From the human T2T-CHM13v2.0 reference genome, Homo sapiens, in NCBI RefSeq assembly GCF_009914755.1, contig NC_060928.1: a stretch of DNA of 64,000 nt; one strand, 5' to 3'. The notes below the pieces were generated by a model. The model was not told where the DNA came from. It saw nothing but the letters and a program-made list of their open reading frames with translations, and searched no databases. How positions within the stretch are numbered: the first letter of the stretch is position 1; each line of letters opens with the position of its first letter. The translations under genes and the position numbers were made by a program. Below, piece by piece: positions 26,959 to 39,349 of this stretch.

Positions 26959-27624
26959 CCAGCCTTAGTAGTAAACACACGCATTTCTAATTTTATTTCT
27001 ATATCATTTAGGTTATTGTTGTTATAAACTTTGAAAGAATATATCTTAAAATACTATTTTTAGTAACTATAAAACATTCTTTTAACTCATTTGCAAAAGA
27101 CTATACTTCTAATATATCCCTACCCTAATCTTTGTTGATTGGAGTTAGAAATCAGTTTATTCTGAGTCTCATTCTGCTCTCTGCCAAGGCTTTTCCAAAT
27201 TGTCCCCTTAGATATTTTGCTTCTATATATCCTAATTCTGGCTTAAAGACATTTACTGAAAAAAGTACAGGACAAACTGGAGTAACTTCTGCTTCAGTAT
27301 TTACCTCTGCTTGCTATCTAATATAGAAGAATCTATCCCTAAAGTCTTCAATAGACTAATCCTTTCTTTGCTTGCTGGACTGGATTAGAGTGCAGTTTGT
27401 GTTCACAGGAATGAGTTTGGGGATAGCCTCCAAAACATCTTCTTTCAGAGTCCAGATGTTCTAAACCTTTTACTTTTTGTTCTATGCAACTTGGAGTATT
27501 TTATGTCACCCTCAAGATCTTTTTTATTTGTTAAAACAATTATTTTTCTTTTCCTGAGTGTATAGCCTATGAAACAATTGATATAGACCCAGGAGTACTG
27601 GATTATATCTTCCTAGTAATGTTT

Positions 27625-27932
27625 TGTTATTTTATTTTTTTTTTTAGACAGAATCTTGCTTTGTCACCTAGGCTGGATGGAGTACAGTGGCGTGATCATA
27701 GCTCACTGCAGCCTTGAGCTCCTGGGCTCAAGTAATCATCCCACCTCAACCTCCTGAGTAGCTGGGGCTACAGTAGTGTGCCACTATGCCTGGCTAGTTT
27801 TTTTTACTTTTTGTAGAGACAGCATCTTGGTTAGTTGCCCAGGCTGGTCTTAAATGCCTGGGCTCAAGGAATCCTCCTGTCTCCACTTCCCAAAATATTG
27901 GGGTTACAGTTATGAGCCACTGCATCCAGTCC
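27625..27932 (-). mobile_element. AluJ, antisense
   Basis: gatcatagctcactgcagccttgagctcctgggctcaag. Confidence 0.88.
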
Positions 27933-27973
27933 ATAGGAATATTTTAAATTTCTGTGTAAACATGTTTCTATTC

Positions 27974-28395
27974 TGTCTAACTAAATAAAAGACAAAGAGA
28001 GACTCTCTAAAAGCCAATGATACTTATTCAGGAATGGACACTGACATGAGAAACGTATGCCATAGTAAGCTGTGTATGTATTCAGGGAGGTAAAGAAAGG
28101 CAATGGCTTAGGAGGATTACATAATTGTTTTGAGATAATTATCCTTGGCTACAAGAATCAATAGCAAACATAACTCCAGTCAAAGGTTGGACAGGCAGTT
28201 GGTGGGCAAATGTTCTTGCAGAATTATTGTTTTGTGTAAGGGTAGGGTAGGCTTTGTGCAGTGCTGTGGGTTTTGCAGTTTTTTGTGACAGTTCTTTTTA
28301 TTACCTATTTGTGCATGAGAACTCTTCCTTGACGACTTTCCCCAGCTCAGTTTATCAAGATTTTTAACACAAGCGACTCATGTTTATTTTGAGTT
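27974..28395 (-). mobile_element. Solo ERV1 LTR of the MER4 group (MER31-like), one end clipped
   Basis: gtattcagggaggtaaag...gaggattacataattgttttgagataattatccttggctacaag...aggttggacaggcagttg matches a recalled consensus. Confidence 0.65.
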
Positions 28396-28884
28396 TAAAT
28401 ATTTTAAATTTCTCTGTGAATATCTTTCTATTCTGTCTGAGCTTCAGAAAGTCTTAAATAATCGCTCTTAGCTCATAACAAGACCAGGGCTTAAAATTTA
28501 AGTTCCTTAAAAGAAGACACTTGCCCTATTCTCAGAGAGCTTTAACTTTAAGAGCCAATTTAGCTTCGAGGATTTTCTTCTGACTAGAAAAAAAAAAGAT
28601 AGTAGGGTTAGAAAAGATAGCAGTGCAAGGTAATGAATGCACAAGGGACGAGGGAAGACAAACAATGGCATAAAGGCCATTAGTTAGATTTAAGTGGTGT
28701 TTTGGGAGGATCTGAAAGAGATGGTTTGAAATTTTTCAACTTAGCCAAGCAATCCTTTAAGAAGATAATTTTAGAATCAGAGTTTCTTTTGGCGGCTTCC
28801 TCACGCAAGAAAATCTAGACACCTGAATACTTGGAATTTTCCTCTCTCTGCTTGTGTTAAACTTCCCCAAAGTTGCCTATATTA

Positions 28885-29263
28885 TTGTCGTTTTTAGTTC
28901 ATCTTGCCATAACAAAATAGCATAGACTAAGTGGCCTAAACAATAGATATTTATTTTCTCACAATTCTGAAGATTAGAATTTTAAGATCAAGGTGCCAGC
29001 ATGGTCCATTGCTGCTAAAGGCTGTCTTCCTGGCTTGTAGATGGCCACCTTTTTGCTGTGTCTTCATATGGTGGGGGAAAGAAAGAACAATCTCTCTGGG
29101 GTCTTTTTTTTAAGGGCACTAATTCCACCATAAGAGCCCCAACTTTGTGACCTTGTCTACACCTGATTATCTTCCAAGAGCCCTGTGTCCAAATACCATC
29201 ACATTGGGGGTTAACACTTCAACATAAGAATTTGGGGGTGGTGACACGATTCAGTCTATAGCA
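28885..29263. mobile_element. MaLR LTR (MLT1A-like)
   Basis: ccataacaaaatagcatagactaagtggcctaaacaa...caaataccatcacattgggg...ttcagtctatagca. Confidence 0.8.
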
Positions 29264-30547
29264 ATTATCTGTGTTGCTACTATGCCATTTAGAATGATAG
29301 CACTTGAATTGACTTATAGTGTGAATGTATTGCATGTAAGAGACAAACGTGGGAGGGTCCACAAGTACCTCGTGTCTGTGCTCCTGAACATAATAGTTGG
29401 CTGTGTTTAATAGAAAACACAAGAAATAACTAATCTCTGATGGATGAATGATTATAGATGTGATATATCTACAATTAAACTGTTCTGAATAAAGGAAGAC
29501 TAGCTAAGGAAAGTTCTCATAAGTTTTGGATAGTTGCCCTAAGGCAAAGTTTGTCCTGTATGACTGTTATTTAACAAGACAATTTACTTGTTAGTCCTGT
29601 GGGATGGCACACATTTCAGTCCTGTGGAACCTCTGTCTACTCTCGGCCCTATGAACTAATCTCTATATTACTCACAAAAGAAAAAGATGAACACAATCAA
29701 GAAGAACAGCAGTTTTTTTTTAGTAACAAGGCAGATTTCCACCAAAGGGGAGTCTTAAATTCTGATCAGACAATCAAAAGTTCTCACAACGAGGGGGGTC
29801 ATCATTCTTAAGAGCTAAAATAAATTGGAAACTCAACAAAAAAATGAGACATCAGACTTAATACAGGATCTCCCTCACTGTCACAGTCAGAGAAACCCCT
29901 GAGGAGGCCTGATGTGGCCTCAGGAGAACTCCCTGCTTACAAGTTGAGGGCACTAATCCATGGCAATCAATGACTTTTACTGGTGAACTCTAGGATTGTC
30001 TACGGTCCCCAAGGACCACCAGAAAAACCTATTGATCAAGTAAAGCTCAATTTATTAAACTTACGGCAACAGGGAAAACTCTAGTTCCACAGAGTTTTCA
30101 GAGTGCCTCAAGAGGAGAAGTTGAGGAAAGAGATTTATAAATTTGAGTATCTGGGATCAAATGGTATTAAGTGTTTTGGAGAAAATTGAGTTAAATTGGA
30201 GAACTTGATTAGGTTGTGGGAATTTTGTCATCTAATAGTTAAGAATTGGTAGACACAGGAAAGCAAGAATTGAGGCAAGTTTTGACGATGTGCTGATAAG
30301 TGAGCCCTTGGTTCATGTAAACAAATAGTTCTCCTGATAAGTAATCTGTTAGCCCATATAAAATCAGTGTTTACCCAGAAATATTTAACATATCTTTCCA
30401 GAAGCAAACAGTGAATTATTTATTGGCAAGTAATTTTATCCTCCTGGGAGGGAATTACTGGGAGAGGATTATGCTGACAGAGAGAGTGCCGGTCCTTGGT
30501 CTAGTTAAGTGGTATTGCTGCACAAGGTCTCAGTTCTTACCCAAATA

Positions 30548-31233
30548 CAGTAATAGCCCCTTATCCTCAGGGATACATTCTAAGACCCCCAGTGGATGTA
30601 AGTCCCCCAGTAGATGTCTGAAAATGCTGATAGTTCCAACCCTATATAAACCATATTTTTTCCTAGGCATCCATGTCTATGATAATGTTTAACTTAATTA
30701 GGCACAGTAAGAGATTAACAACAACAATAATAAAATAGAAAAGTTGTAACAATATAAGATTCACTTTTATGGAGAGAAGATTAGTTCTTTCCATGGATCT
30801 TAGGAACCTCAGCATATGATTTTTTTTGTTTCCTTAGTAAGTCAAGAAAGTTCACCTTTTCACTTAAAGGGAGCACTTTACAGCTTCTCTTTGGTATATC
30901 TGAATTTCCAGCATCATTATTCTTCTGCATTGGGGCCATTATTAAGTAAAATAAGGGTTATTTGAACAGAAGCACTGAGATACTACCACAGTCAGTTAGG
31001 TAACTAAGATGTTTACTAAGTGACTAATGGGCAGGTAGTATAGACAAGGTAGATACACTGAACAAAGGGAAGACTCACATCCTGGGTGGGACAGAGCAGG
31101 ACAGCAGGAAATTTCATCATGCTACTCAGAATGGGGTTATTTCTGGAATTTTACATTTAATATTTTTGGACTGTGGTTGAATGTGAGTAACTGAAAATGC
31201 GGAAAGCAAAGCCATGGATAAGGGGGACTACTG
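30548..31233. mobile_element. MER44 (Tigger7-derived) DNA transposon
   Basis: TIRs cagtaatagccccttatcc...ggataagggggactactg. Confidence 0.82.
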
Positions 31234-34200
31234 CATAAGAGTAGAACATGTGGGATTACTTGTTTGCTAAAGGATAAAATATATTTTATATTTTTCATTG
31301 GCTTCATTTCTATTATAAGCATATAAAATATGATTTTTCATACATTAATAAAGATTGAAGTCATTAAGCGAGAGCAATTCATCCAAAATTACTTATTCAA
31401 AACCAAATATACTAGATGCTGTTTTAGCCCCTGCCTTCATGAGGTTTAAATTTCAGAAAACAGAGGAGGTTATTGGTACTTTATAATGAATGCACGCATA
31501 TACATATAGTTTATATAAACATAGAATACAGTAATACAGACACATATAAATATAATCTTTGGGAAGATTAAACTTCATTCTAATGACTTTTTAGAGTATG
31601 CATGCTGGTAATATAATTAAATATTATGTAGGGTGTAGAATTTGTGAATTTGTGTTTTGGGACAACTGTTGGTTGGCTGGCCTTGAGGGGGAATGGGGTA
31701 AAGAATACTATAAAGTTATTAACAGAGAAAATACTCAATTGCTTCCTAGAATGTGTGGAATTTCCTGCTTCCTTTTATCTTTTGAGATTCAGAAGTGGTA
31801 TGGAATTATTTTGGCACACCGAGGTAAAATAAGTTACTTTAAAAGCCAGGATCAATCCATAACACGATATAGTACTATGGCCAGAGAGAGCATTCTTCAT
31901 GCTTTAATAATGTCTTACTGCCATTCTTTGTTCTTTTTCAATATGTCAAAGAAAGAAGATAAGTAAGGGGGAAGCTAGAATGCACCCACACGTTTGAAGC
32001 ATTGACCCTGTGCCACCTCCATAACAATTTTACAAAGTTGTCATTTTTCTCATAGCTATTTTTAGTTGGTTTCATAACTATTTATAGTTGGTTTTTGCCA
32101 ACTTGTCAAAAATGTCATGTTTCAAATTTCTTCAGCGTATTTAGCATCCAGTATATGATAAGGATGCATTTTGGTTTCTGTTTGTTAATATTTACACTTC
32201 CCATGGTAAATGACAATACTGCAGTTACTGTGATGTCATATTCTATGATGGCAGGTTAGTATTATTAAGGACATTTGCTGATAATAATATATCTCATTTT
32301 ATTTTCTCTTGTCACACATTTTGCCATCAATAATTCAAGACAGAAATAGTCTGTATATCAAAATTTGAATATTAGAAACTCATGTTTTATGTACATATAG
32401 TATTTCGACAATACCTTTATTAAAAGGGTGAAAAATTACGGGCAACTATAATTTCTCAACCAACTTTTAACTGAAAATAAGAACACATGTCCCTTAAAGT
32501 CTCATTTCTGATGTTTAACAAACATAATTTACAGTGAACGCATGACATTTATTATATTGGAATCTAATATAACAGTTCCAAAATGGTATTTACTGACACT
32601 TGTTATTCATCGTGAAGCTGATCACTGACTAGTAGTCATCACAGATAAACATCTTCCCTCAATTAAAAAAAAACAGTTACAGATTAGTCATTCATGTAAC
32701 TTTATATAGAAAAAGCATTAGAAAGACTTGGGTTCCTTGCCTTGAAGGAGCAAGCCTGGAGAAGGAACTGTTAGGTCTTCAACTTCAGGATATACATTAT
32801 AACTCATTGCATGCCACACCTCATGAAATTGGAACTACTCACATTGTTTTCATACCAAGAATCTGGAACTTCATGGATCTATAACACATTATTTCTCATG
32901 TCAAAGAATTTAAATATTAACCAGTCATATTAAATATCGCTTCAAAGAGTGATACTTTCTCTGGGAAGAGATCAATAGCTTTTTGGAAATGGTATTTCAA
33001 CAAATACTTAAGTGGAGGTTTGTGATTGCAGTGATTATTTCAAGATCTTTGTGGACTGGGAGTCTTCCATTCAACCTGGGGTGTGAATTAAATTATGCTC
33101 ATGCCTTATTTAGATGTACGTGACTGCTTGATATTGTAGTGATGTAAAATGTAGACATAACTTCCATACCATTCAGGAAAGTTAGCGGGGCTTGAGAAAA
33201 GGGAGTGTTGTAATGCAGGAAATGCCATTCTTAAGAATTTAAAAATCTGTTAGTAAAGTATGAAAAATTAATGTCCTTTCAAGTAACTAACCTTTTGAAG
33301 AGAGGCCTAGAAGAAGTTAAGAGAAGTTTTATATTGTTGATGATGTTATCATTGTTTTTGTTCTCTTCTTCCCTATTAGATAGCATGACATTCCTGTGGT
33401 AATATTGGGTTATTACAGTTACATTTGTCATATTTGATTGAATGCACAGAATGTTGCTATATATCTTGACTTGATTATGTATTTCTATATCATTTTATTT
33501 AACTCATTGAACTAGCAACACATATTACTCAGGATTAGCTTCTCTGGAAATTTAGCATTTGTTTATGAATTGAGAACATTGGTCCAACAGGATGAAATAC
33601 CAACAACTTGTCTTGCTATTTATTGCTCTGAATATCTTGGCCCTATTAGCCTATGCAATTGTACTCCCTGCTTTTCACCAAACACTTCACATGAAGTGGG
33701 ATAGAAAAGGGCAGAGGGAAGAAAATTTGTATTTTTGGCAACTTAGAATCTGTTCTATGATAGAAAGTGGTGAGCAAACTAAAAGCATTAGCTCCAGTAT
33801 ATTTGAGTTCTTTGTGTTATTTCAATCACCCATTAAAACTGTACACTTAGCACATTTCTTTTTGGTTTGTAATTAACATATTAAAAATCCAGAAGAATTT
33901 GAGCTTTGGGGAGATAATTGAATATTTTATTTAATTTCTTAAAAGTGAGGATGGACATTATGTAGATTATATGACTGTTCATCATTTTGCAAAGTGAAGC
34001 CCATTGAATTACTGTCAGTATTACACAACTAAAGACTAATCAACTATGTCTCGTAACCTGAGAGAGATTCTTGATATAGCTAACATTGTTTTTTCAACAA
34101 AGATTAATAATTAATTTGATACTTATTCTTTTTATTTTGGTCAGCCCAAAAGGTAGTGCAAGGAAGGAGCAGAGAAAAGGAAGATGTAGGGGAAAGAGGG

Positions 34201-34292
34201 AGGAGAAGAGATGGAATGTGACTTGTCATAAAATAATATTGGCTAGATTATGTTTCAAGTAAAAGGAAATCTCTTAAGGAAAAATATAAATA

Positions 34293-34776
34293 CAGTTGAC
34301 CCTTGAACAACATGGGTTGGAACTATGTGGGTCCACTTGTGTACAGATTTTCCTCAATACAACTTTTGCGGAATGTGCCTTCCTTTCCTGCTTCCCCTTC
34401 CACCTTATCCACCTTATCCATCCTTGAGACAGCAATACCGGCCTCTCCTCTTCCTCTTCCTTCTCAGCCTACTTAATGTGAAGATGACGAGGATGAAGAC
34501 TTTTATGATGATCCACTTCCACTCAATACATTTTCTCTTCCTTATGATTTTCTTCTTAACATTTTCTTTTCTCTAGCTTACTATATTGTAAGAATACAGC
34601 AATAATGCATATGAAATACAAACTGTGTGTTGATCTGCTACTTATATTATCAGTAAAACTTCCTATCAACAGTAGGTTATTAGTAGTTAAATTTTTGGCT
34701 GGTCAAAAGTTATACATGGATTTTCAACTCTGCAGGGATTGAAAACTGCACGTTGTCCAAGAGTTAACAACCCTGT
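34293..34776. mobile_element. Tigger2-family (Tigger2a/MER28-like) element, opposite orientation to 15960-16384
   Basis: TA-cagttgacccttgaacaacatggg; the internal sequence resembles the reverse complement of the 15960 copy. Confidence 0.8.
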
Positions 34777-36065
34777 ATTGCTGTGTAGTTTTGTTTTCAA
34801 CAGAAAGACTTAGCTGTGAGAAAATGGTCCTTTTTTGTATTTATTTAATAACTACCTGTTAATTGATTATATTCAACTAAATAGTGACACCAGAGTGTAA
34901 ATATGTAGTGGTGCAAAAAGTAGACACCAAATACGTGAGAGAAAATTTACTTGTGGTCTTCCTGGGGAAAAAAAAAAAAGAATGAAATTTACTAGAATGC
35001 ATTCTCTTACTAGAACTTGAGTAGTTCAGCTGCTACCTTTCTGGCTGTTGAAATCAAATAGCAAAAATTCTCTGAAGGGGCAGGAATTTCTGTCTGCTTT
35101 GTGTACTATTGTATTTTCAGAGCCAAGAATATGGCTGTCTAAATATGGACTCAATAGTAGTTTTTGAATAAATTGTGTTGTTTATTTAATTAAGTCACAT
35201 AGACTAAATATGTAAAGTGACTAGTTATATTAGACTATAAATTCCAGGCAGATTAAAAACTAAAACTTGCATTGTATCTTGGTTTATATTGTGTTGTGTG
35301 TAATAAGCATCAGTATTAAAAACAAGCAAACACCTAACAAAATACCCAAGTCAAAACAACTTTGGGCTGATAGGTGAAACAACGTTAATGGATCATAACA
35401 GCTGACACACATGAAAATTAGATATATTTTTGGTAATAAATAACATTTGTAGAAAAGATATATTCAACAGTTTTATTTGCATATAATTACAAAGAATATT
35501 TTCTTATGCATAATTTTTAAATAATTGCTTTTAAAATATTATAGAGTTAATTTTTCAGGGTTTTTTATTGTTTCCTTGGCAAATTCAGGTAGAATATGTT
35601 TCCTAACAGTGTGTAATTTTGACATACTTCTCTAGATAGAATGACAGCAAAATGCATTTTAGTTAAACCACCCTTCCCCTGAGGGCATTGTTTATTGCTT
35701 ATGTGAAATACTTTGCAAATTCTTTTTATTCTAATATATCAAGCACCTTCTTTTTCTCCTTTAAAAAATTATTGTTTTCTGGACTCTAGGATATCAGATT
35801 ATAGCAATTTTAAGTTAAGCATTATTTAAATAAAATAGGCCTTGTCATACATGTTTTCTTAGAATGGATAACAACCATGATTTTATCTTATGTTTGGATA
35901 ATTCACAAAGCATTGTTTTGAGTGGAGAGCAGGTTCTTATTTATATGTACTTGCTATAGCAAAACTGCTGCAAGGATAGCTCCAGGGATCTTTCTAAGTT
36001 TGAAATGAGAAACATAACTGGGAGAGTCAGCATATTTATCAGACTGCTTTTTTTTTCTCTAGGTG

Positions 36066-36072
<7 letters not shown>

Positions 36073-36114
<42 letters not shown>
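36073..36114. repeat. Pure (TA)21 microsatellite
   Basis: Counted directly. Confidence 0.95.
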
Positions 36115-36115
<1 letters not shown>

Positions 36116-36397
36116 CACTTTTCTTCTATTGTTTTCTACTTCTGTAGTATTAAGCTGTAGACAACTGCTGAATGAGAATTTTAACTATCACTCCCTTGAA
36201 ATCTTCGTTCATAAATTCCACATACACATAACATGGACAAATCATTGTGGCACTTATGTCAATAATTTTTTTTCTGTATCATTTAGGTACCAAATTTAAT
36301 GAAAGTCTGCCTGGGGAATCAAAATCTATTTTTGTTGTTAATTATAAATGCTCTTTACAAGTGTATAGTTTGATACTGGGCCACAAGAGAGAAAGCG

Positions 36398-37649
36398 AGA
36401 AGGGCTGCAGCTCTTCTCTCCTTCTCTCTTTTGTCTTCTTTCTCATGTTTACAACAAGGTGAGCGGAGGGACGTGTTTCAACCCTGTTTGTGTTACAGCT
36501 CTTTTGGTCCCTCCATTAGGCAGGTCCCGAGTTCTTGTCCTGCATCCAGGAAGAATGAGGTATGCAGACAACTGGAGGGTGGACAAGGCAAAGAGGTGCT
36601 TTATTGAGCTACATTACACCTCTCAGGAGACCTGAAGTTGGTAGCTCATTTCTGCAGGCAGATTGTCCCAACATCTGTTCAGCTCTCAGCTAGGAGGGAA
36701 ACCACAGTGGATAGCTCCTCTCCACAGGCAGGTCACCCTGACATCTGCTCAGCTCTCAGCTGGAAGGAGACCCAATGTGGATAGCTCCTCTCTGCAGGCA
36801 GGTCATCCCAACGTCTGCCTAGCTCCCAGCTAAGAGGAGACCCACAGTGGGTATCTCCTCTGCAGGCAGGCTGTCCCAACATTTCTTTGAGTCTGGCTGA
36901 GTCTGGGGTTTTTATGGACTTCACAGGGGAGGAAGTGAGTGCTGATGGGTTCATGGGTGGCCATGGGCAGGCCTGGAAAAAGCACAGTAAATTTTCACTC
37001 CAGTTCACAAAACTGGCAGCCCAGTTCCCAGGTTTCAAGCTATTCCCAGATTCAAGGTGGGGCTTCACTGGGGATCCACCCTTTTCTGCCCAGGAGCCTG
37101 TCTTCCTCCTGCTTCCATCAACCTGCCATTCATGACGCTCATGGTGCCCAGGCTGTTTCTGCCGAGGAGTGCCTGCAGGCTCGTGTGAGCTGCCCACAAC
37201 CCTTCCCTTGGCCTCCCTCCCATGCTCATCAGCTCTGAAAGTCCAAAGAAGGCTGAGGCAGCAGGGAGCTAGCATATCAGCACCACCCTGAGTGTGTGCA
37301 CACCTGGCTGGGTCATAACAGTTGTCAGGCTTGGCAACAACTTTGCTCCGAAATCAGAGCAGGCACCAGGTGTGGGGAGAGGCCAGACAGTGGGAAGGTC
37401 ACTTCCAAGCCTCCAAGAGCAGAGAGGCTTCCCAGAGAGTGCATGGATGCCAGGGTCCACAGCCACAGCTGGGTGGCTGCATCTTTACCAAGGAGGGTGA
37501 GGCTCTGCCCCTCTAACTTGGAAGGGGTGGGGCTTTTGCCTGTTCCTAGCTCCTGCTGGCTCCATGGAGTGTACAGCCCTGGCTGTACTTCCCTCATCGC
37601 AGCTGGCATCTTCTCAGTGGCTGCCCCACACAGGCCACTGTTGCTATCA
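36398..37649 (-). mobile_element. 3' LTR (MER52-like), distal ~440 bp missing
   Basis: Homologous to ~44925-45960. Minus-strand AATAAA at 36600-36605. Boundary ...ttgctatca at 37649. Confidence 0.87.
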
Positions 37650-37664
37650 ATCCCCCTTCTGAAG
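37650..37664 (-). promoter_or_regulatory. Polypurine tract of the provirus
   Basis: Minus strand cttcagaagggggat lies immediately before the TG start of the 3' LTR. Confidence 0.75.
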
Positions 37665-38149
37665 AGGTACATCTAACTGCTGTGAGGATAGGGATGATGC
37701 TGCTCTTCACTGCTTCGTGCTGACAAGGGACATTGTTTTGGGGAAAACAGCAGTCACATCTCTCTCAGAGGCCTATGTAAGGGTCCCTGGTAGAAACGGA
37801 GCCATTATCCAAGGCTCCAGTTGTATGACCACTTGGAGCATGATGGCCTCTAGGTGAGAAGAAATAATTTTACAAGGAGGTTAAATATGTGAAAGAAAGT
37901 ATCTAGTGCTGGAGATAACACAAATAAGAAGTAAAATAGACTAATCATTCTGAAAACAATGTTGTCACTAGAGTCGTTTCACCTTTGTGAAAGAAATTAA
38001 ATCTTGTATAGGTGCAGCTAAGCTTTAAAGGAGAAATAACTGTTTAGGGCTGTAGGGAGGTCAAGAATAAAGGGGCCTTGACAAAGATGCCTTATGGTGA
38101 GGAACAGAACAAAAGCGGTAACAGTAAGCGTAGGGTATCCATGGAGGGT

Positions 38150-39300
38150 TGATTGTTGGTACTTATCTTTTGTGATTGTTAAGTTGAGATCCCTGATTTC
38201 TTTACTCTGGTACTTCGGGTGCTCTCTTGGGTCAACAGAGGAAATTCCGTCAGTTCCCTGGTCTTTTACTAAAGTGTAATGAATCCAAGAATCAATTTCA
38301 GTGACCTTTACTGCTGTAGGAGTAGAAAGAAGTACACAGTAAGCCCTCACCCCCATTCTGGGACTAGAGAGAGAGAAAGGGAAGGAGGTGCCTTTACCAG
38401 TGCTAAGTCCCCTGGGTTGAATAGAAGTGGCCTTATTCATGCGATTGGGCCTCTGATAGTTGTTGCAGTTCGTGTTGCAAATGGGCCAAATAAGTTGTAT
38501 GCTTAATTAAATCAGAGCTTTTTCAGTCTAGCAAGAAATCATTGGTGAGAAAAGTCTACACCATTTTGAAGGGACTTAAATCCAGCTTTGAAAGGGTGTT
38601 TCTAACACATAGTAGGGCTATGGAGAGAAGAGTAATCCATGGAATATGAGTATCTTGAGACAGTTTACTGAGGTGCCTTTTAATAATCTCATTTGTCTTT
38701 TCTACCTTTCCTGAGGATTGTGGTCTCCAAGCACAGTGAAGATAGTATTGTATGCTTATTGCCTTTTATACCCGCTGGGTGACAGCTGCCTTGAACAAGG
38801 GGCCATTATTGCTCTGAAGGTACTTGGGAAGTCCAATGTGAGGAATTATTTCATTAATTAGTGCTTTTATCACCTCAGAGCCTTTCTCTGTTCATCATGG
38901 AAATGCATCTACCCAGTTAGTGAAGGTATCTACCCATACTAGGAGGTACTGGATGCCCCTTGTCTTTGGCATATGGGTGAAATCCATCTGCCAGTCTTCC
39001 CCGAGGTAGACTCCCATCCTTTGGGTTCCAGGGGGACACGCCATTGACTGAGGGGATTATTTTTGAGGCAAGTCTCACAAGCATTAACAACCTGTTTGAC
39101 CATTTTTAGCAGATTCTTACCTGAGAACAACCTTTGAGCACTTGACAGGTTTTATCTTTATCAAGGTGAAAGGCTTGGTGGAGGATTTTTAAGAACCCAG
39201 CTGGAACCCAGCTGGAAGCTGGTAGATGAAGCTTGCTCTCCTCTAATTGCAGCCATCCTGAGGACTGAAGTGTGTATCCCTGAGATACAGCCCATTCTAT
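38150..39300 (-). pseudogene. ERV integrase relic
   Basis: Minus-strand translation gives ACETCLKNNP, GEDWQMDFTHMP, YLLVWVDTFTNWVDAFP, LQSNNGP, PQSSGKVEKTN, VLLSTPTAVKV..IDSWIH. Frameshifted. Confidence 0.9.
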
Positions 39301-39349
39301 CTCTGCAGAGGAATACTGAGGTTTCATTTCTTTTATGGAGTACTCCCAG

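Noticed and set aside
36043-36066. Strong acceptor-like tttttttttctctAG
   Set aside because: It runs straight into the (TA)n tract with no plausible exon body or donor.
36627-36880. Regular 60-bp repeats as a CRISPR-like array
   Set aside because: The units are contiguous degenerate tandem repeats without unique spacers, inside an LTR in primate DNA, with no cas genes.
36733-37676. Overlapping 60-180 aa ORFs here and at 44116-46128
   Set aside because: They come from GC-rich LTR sequence with few stop codons, show no recognisable domain and are not preserved between the two LTRs.
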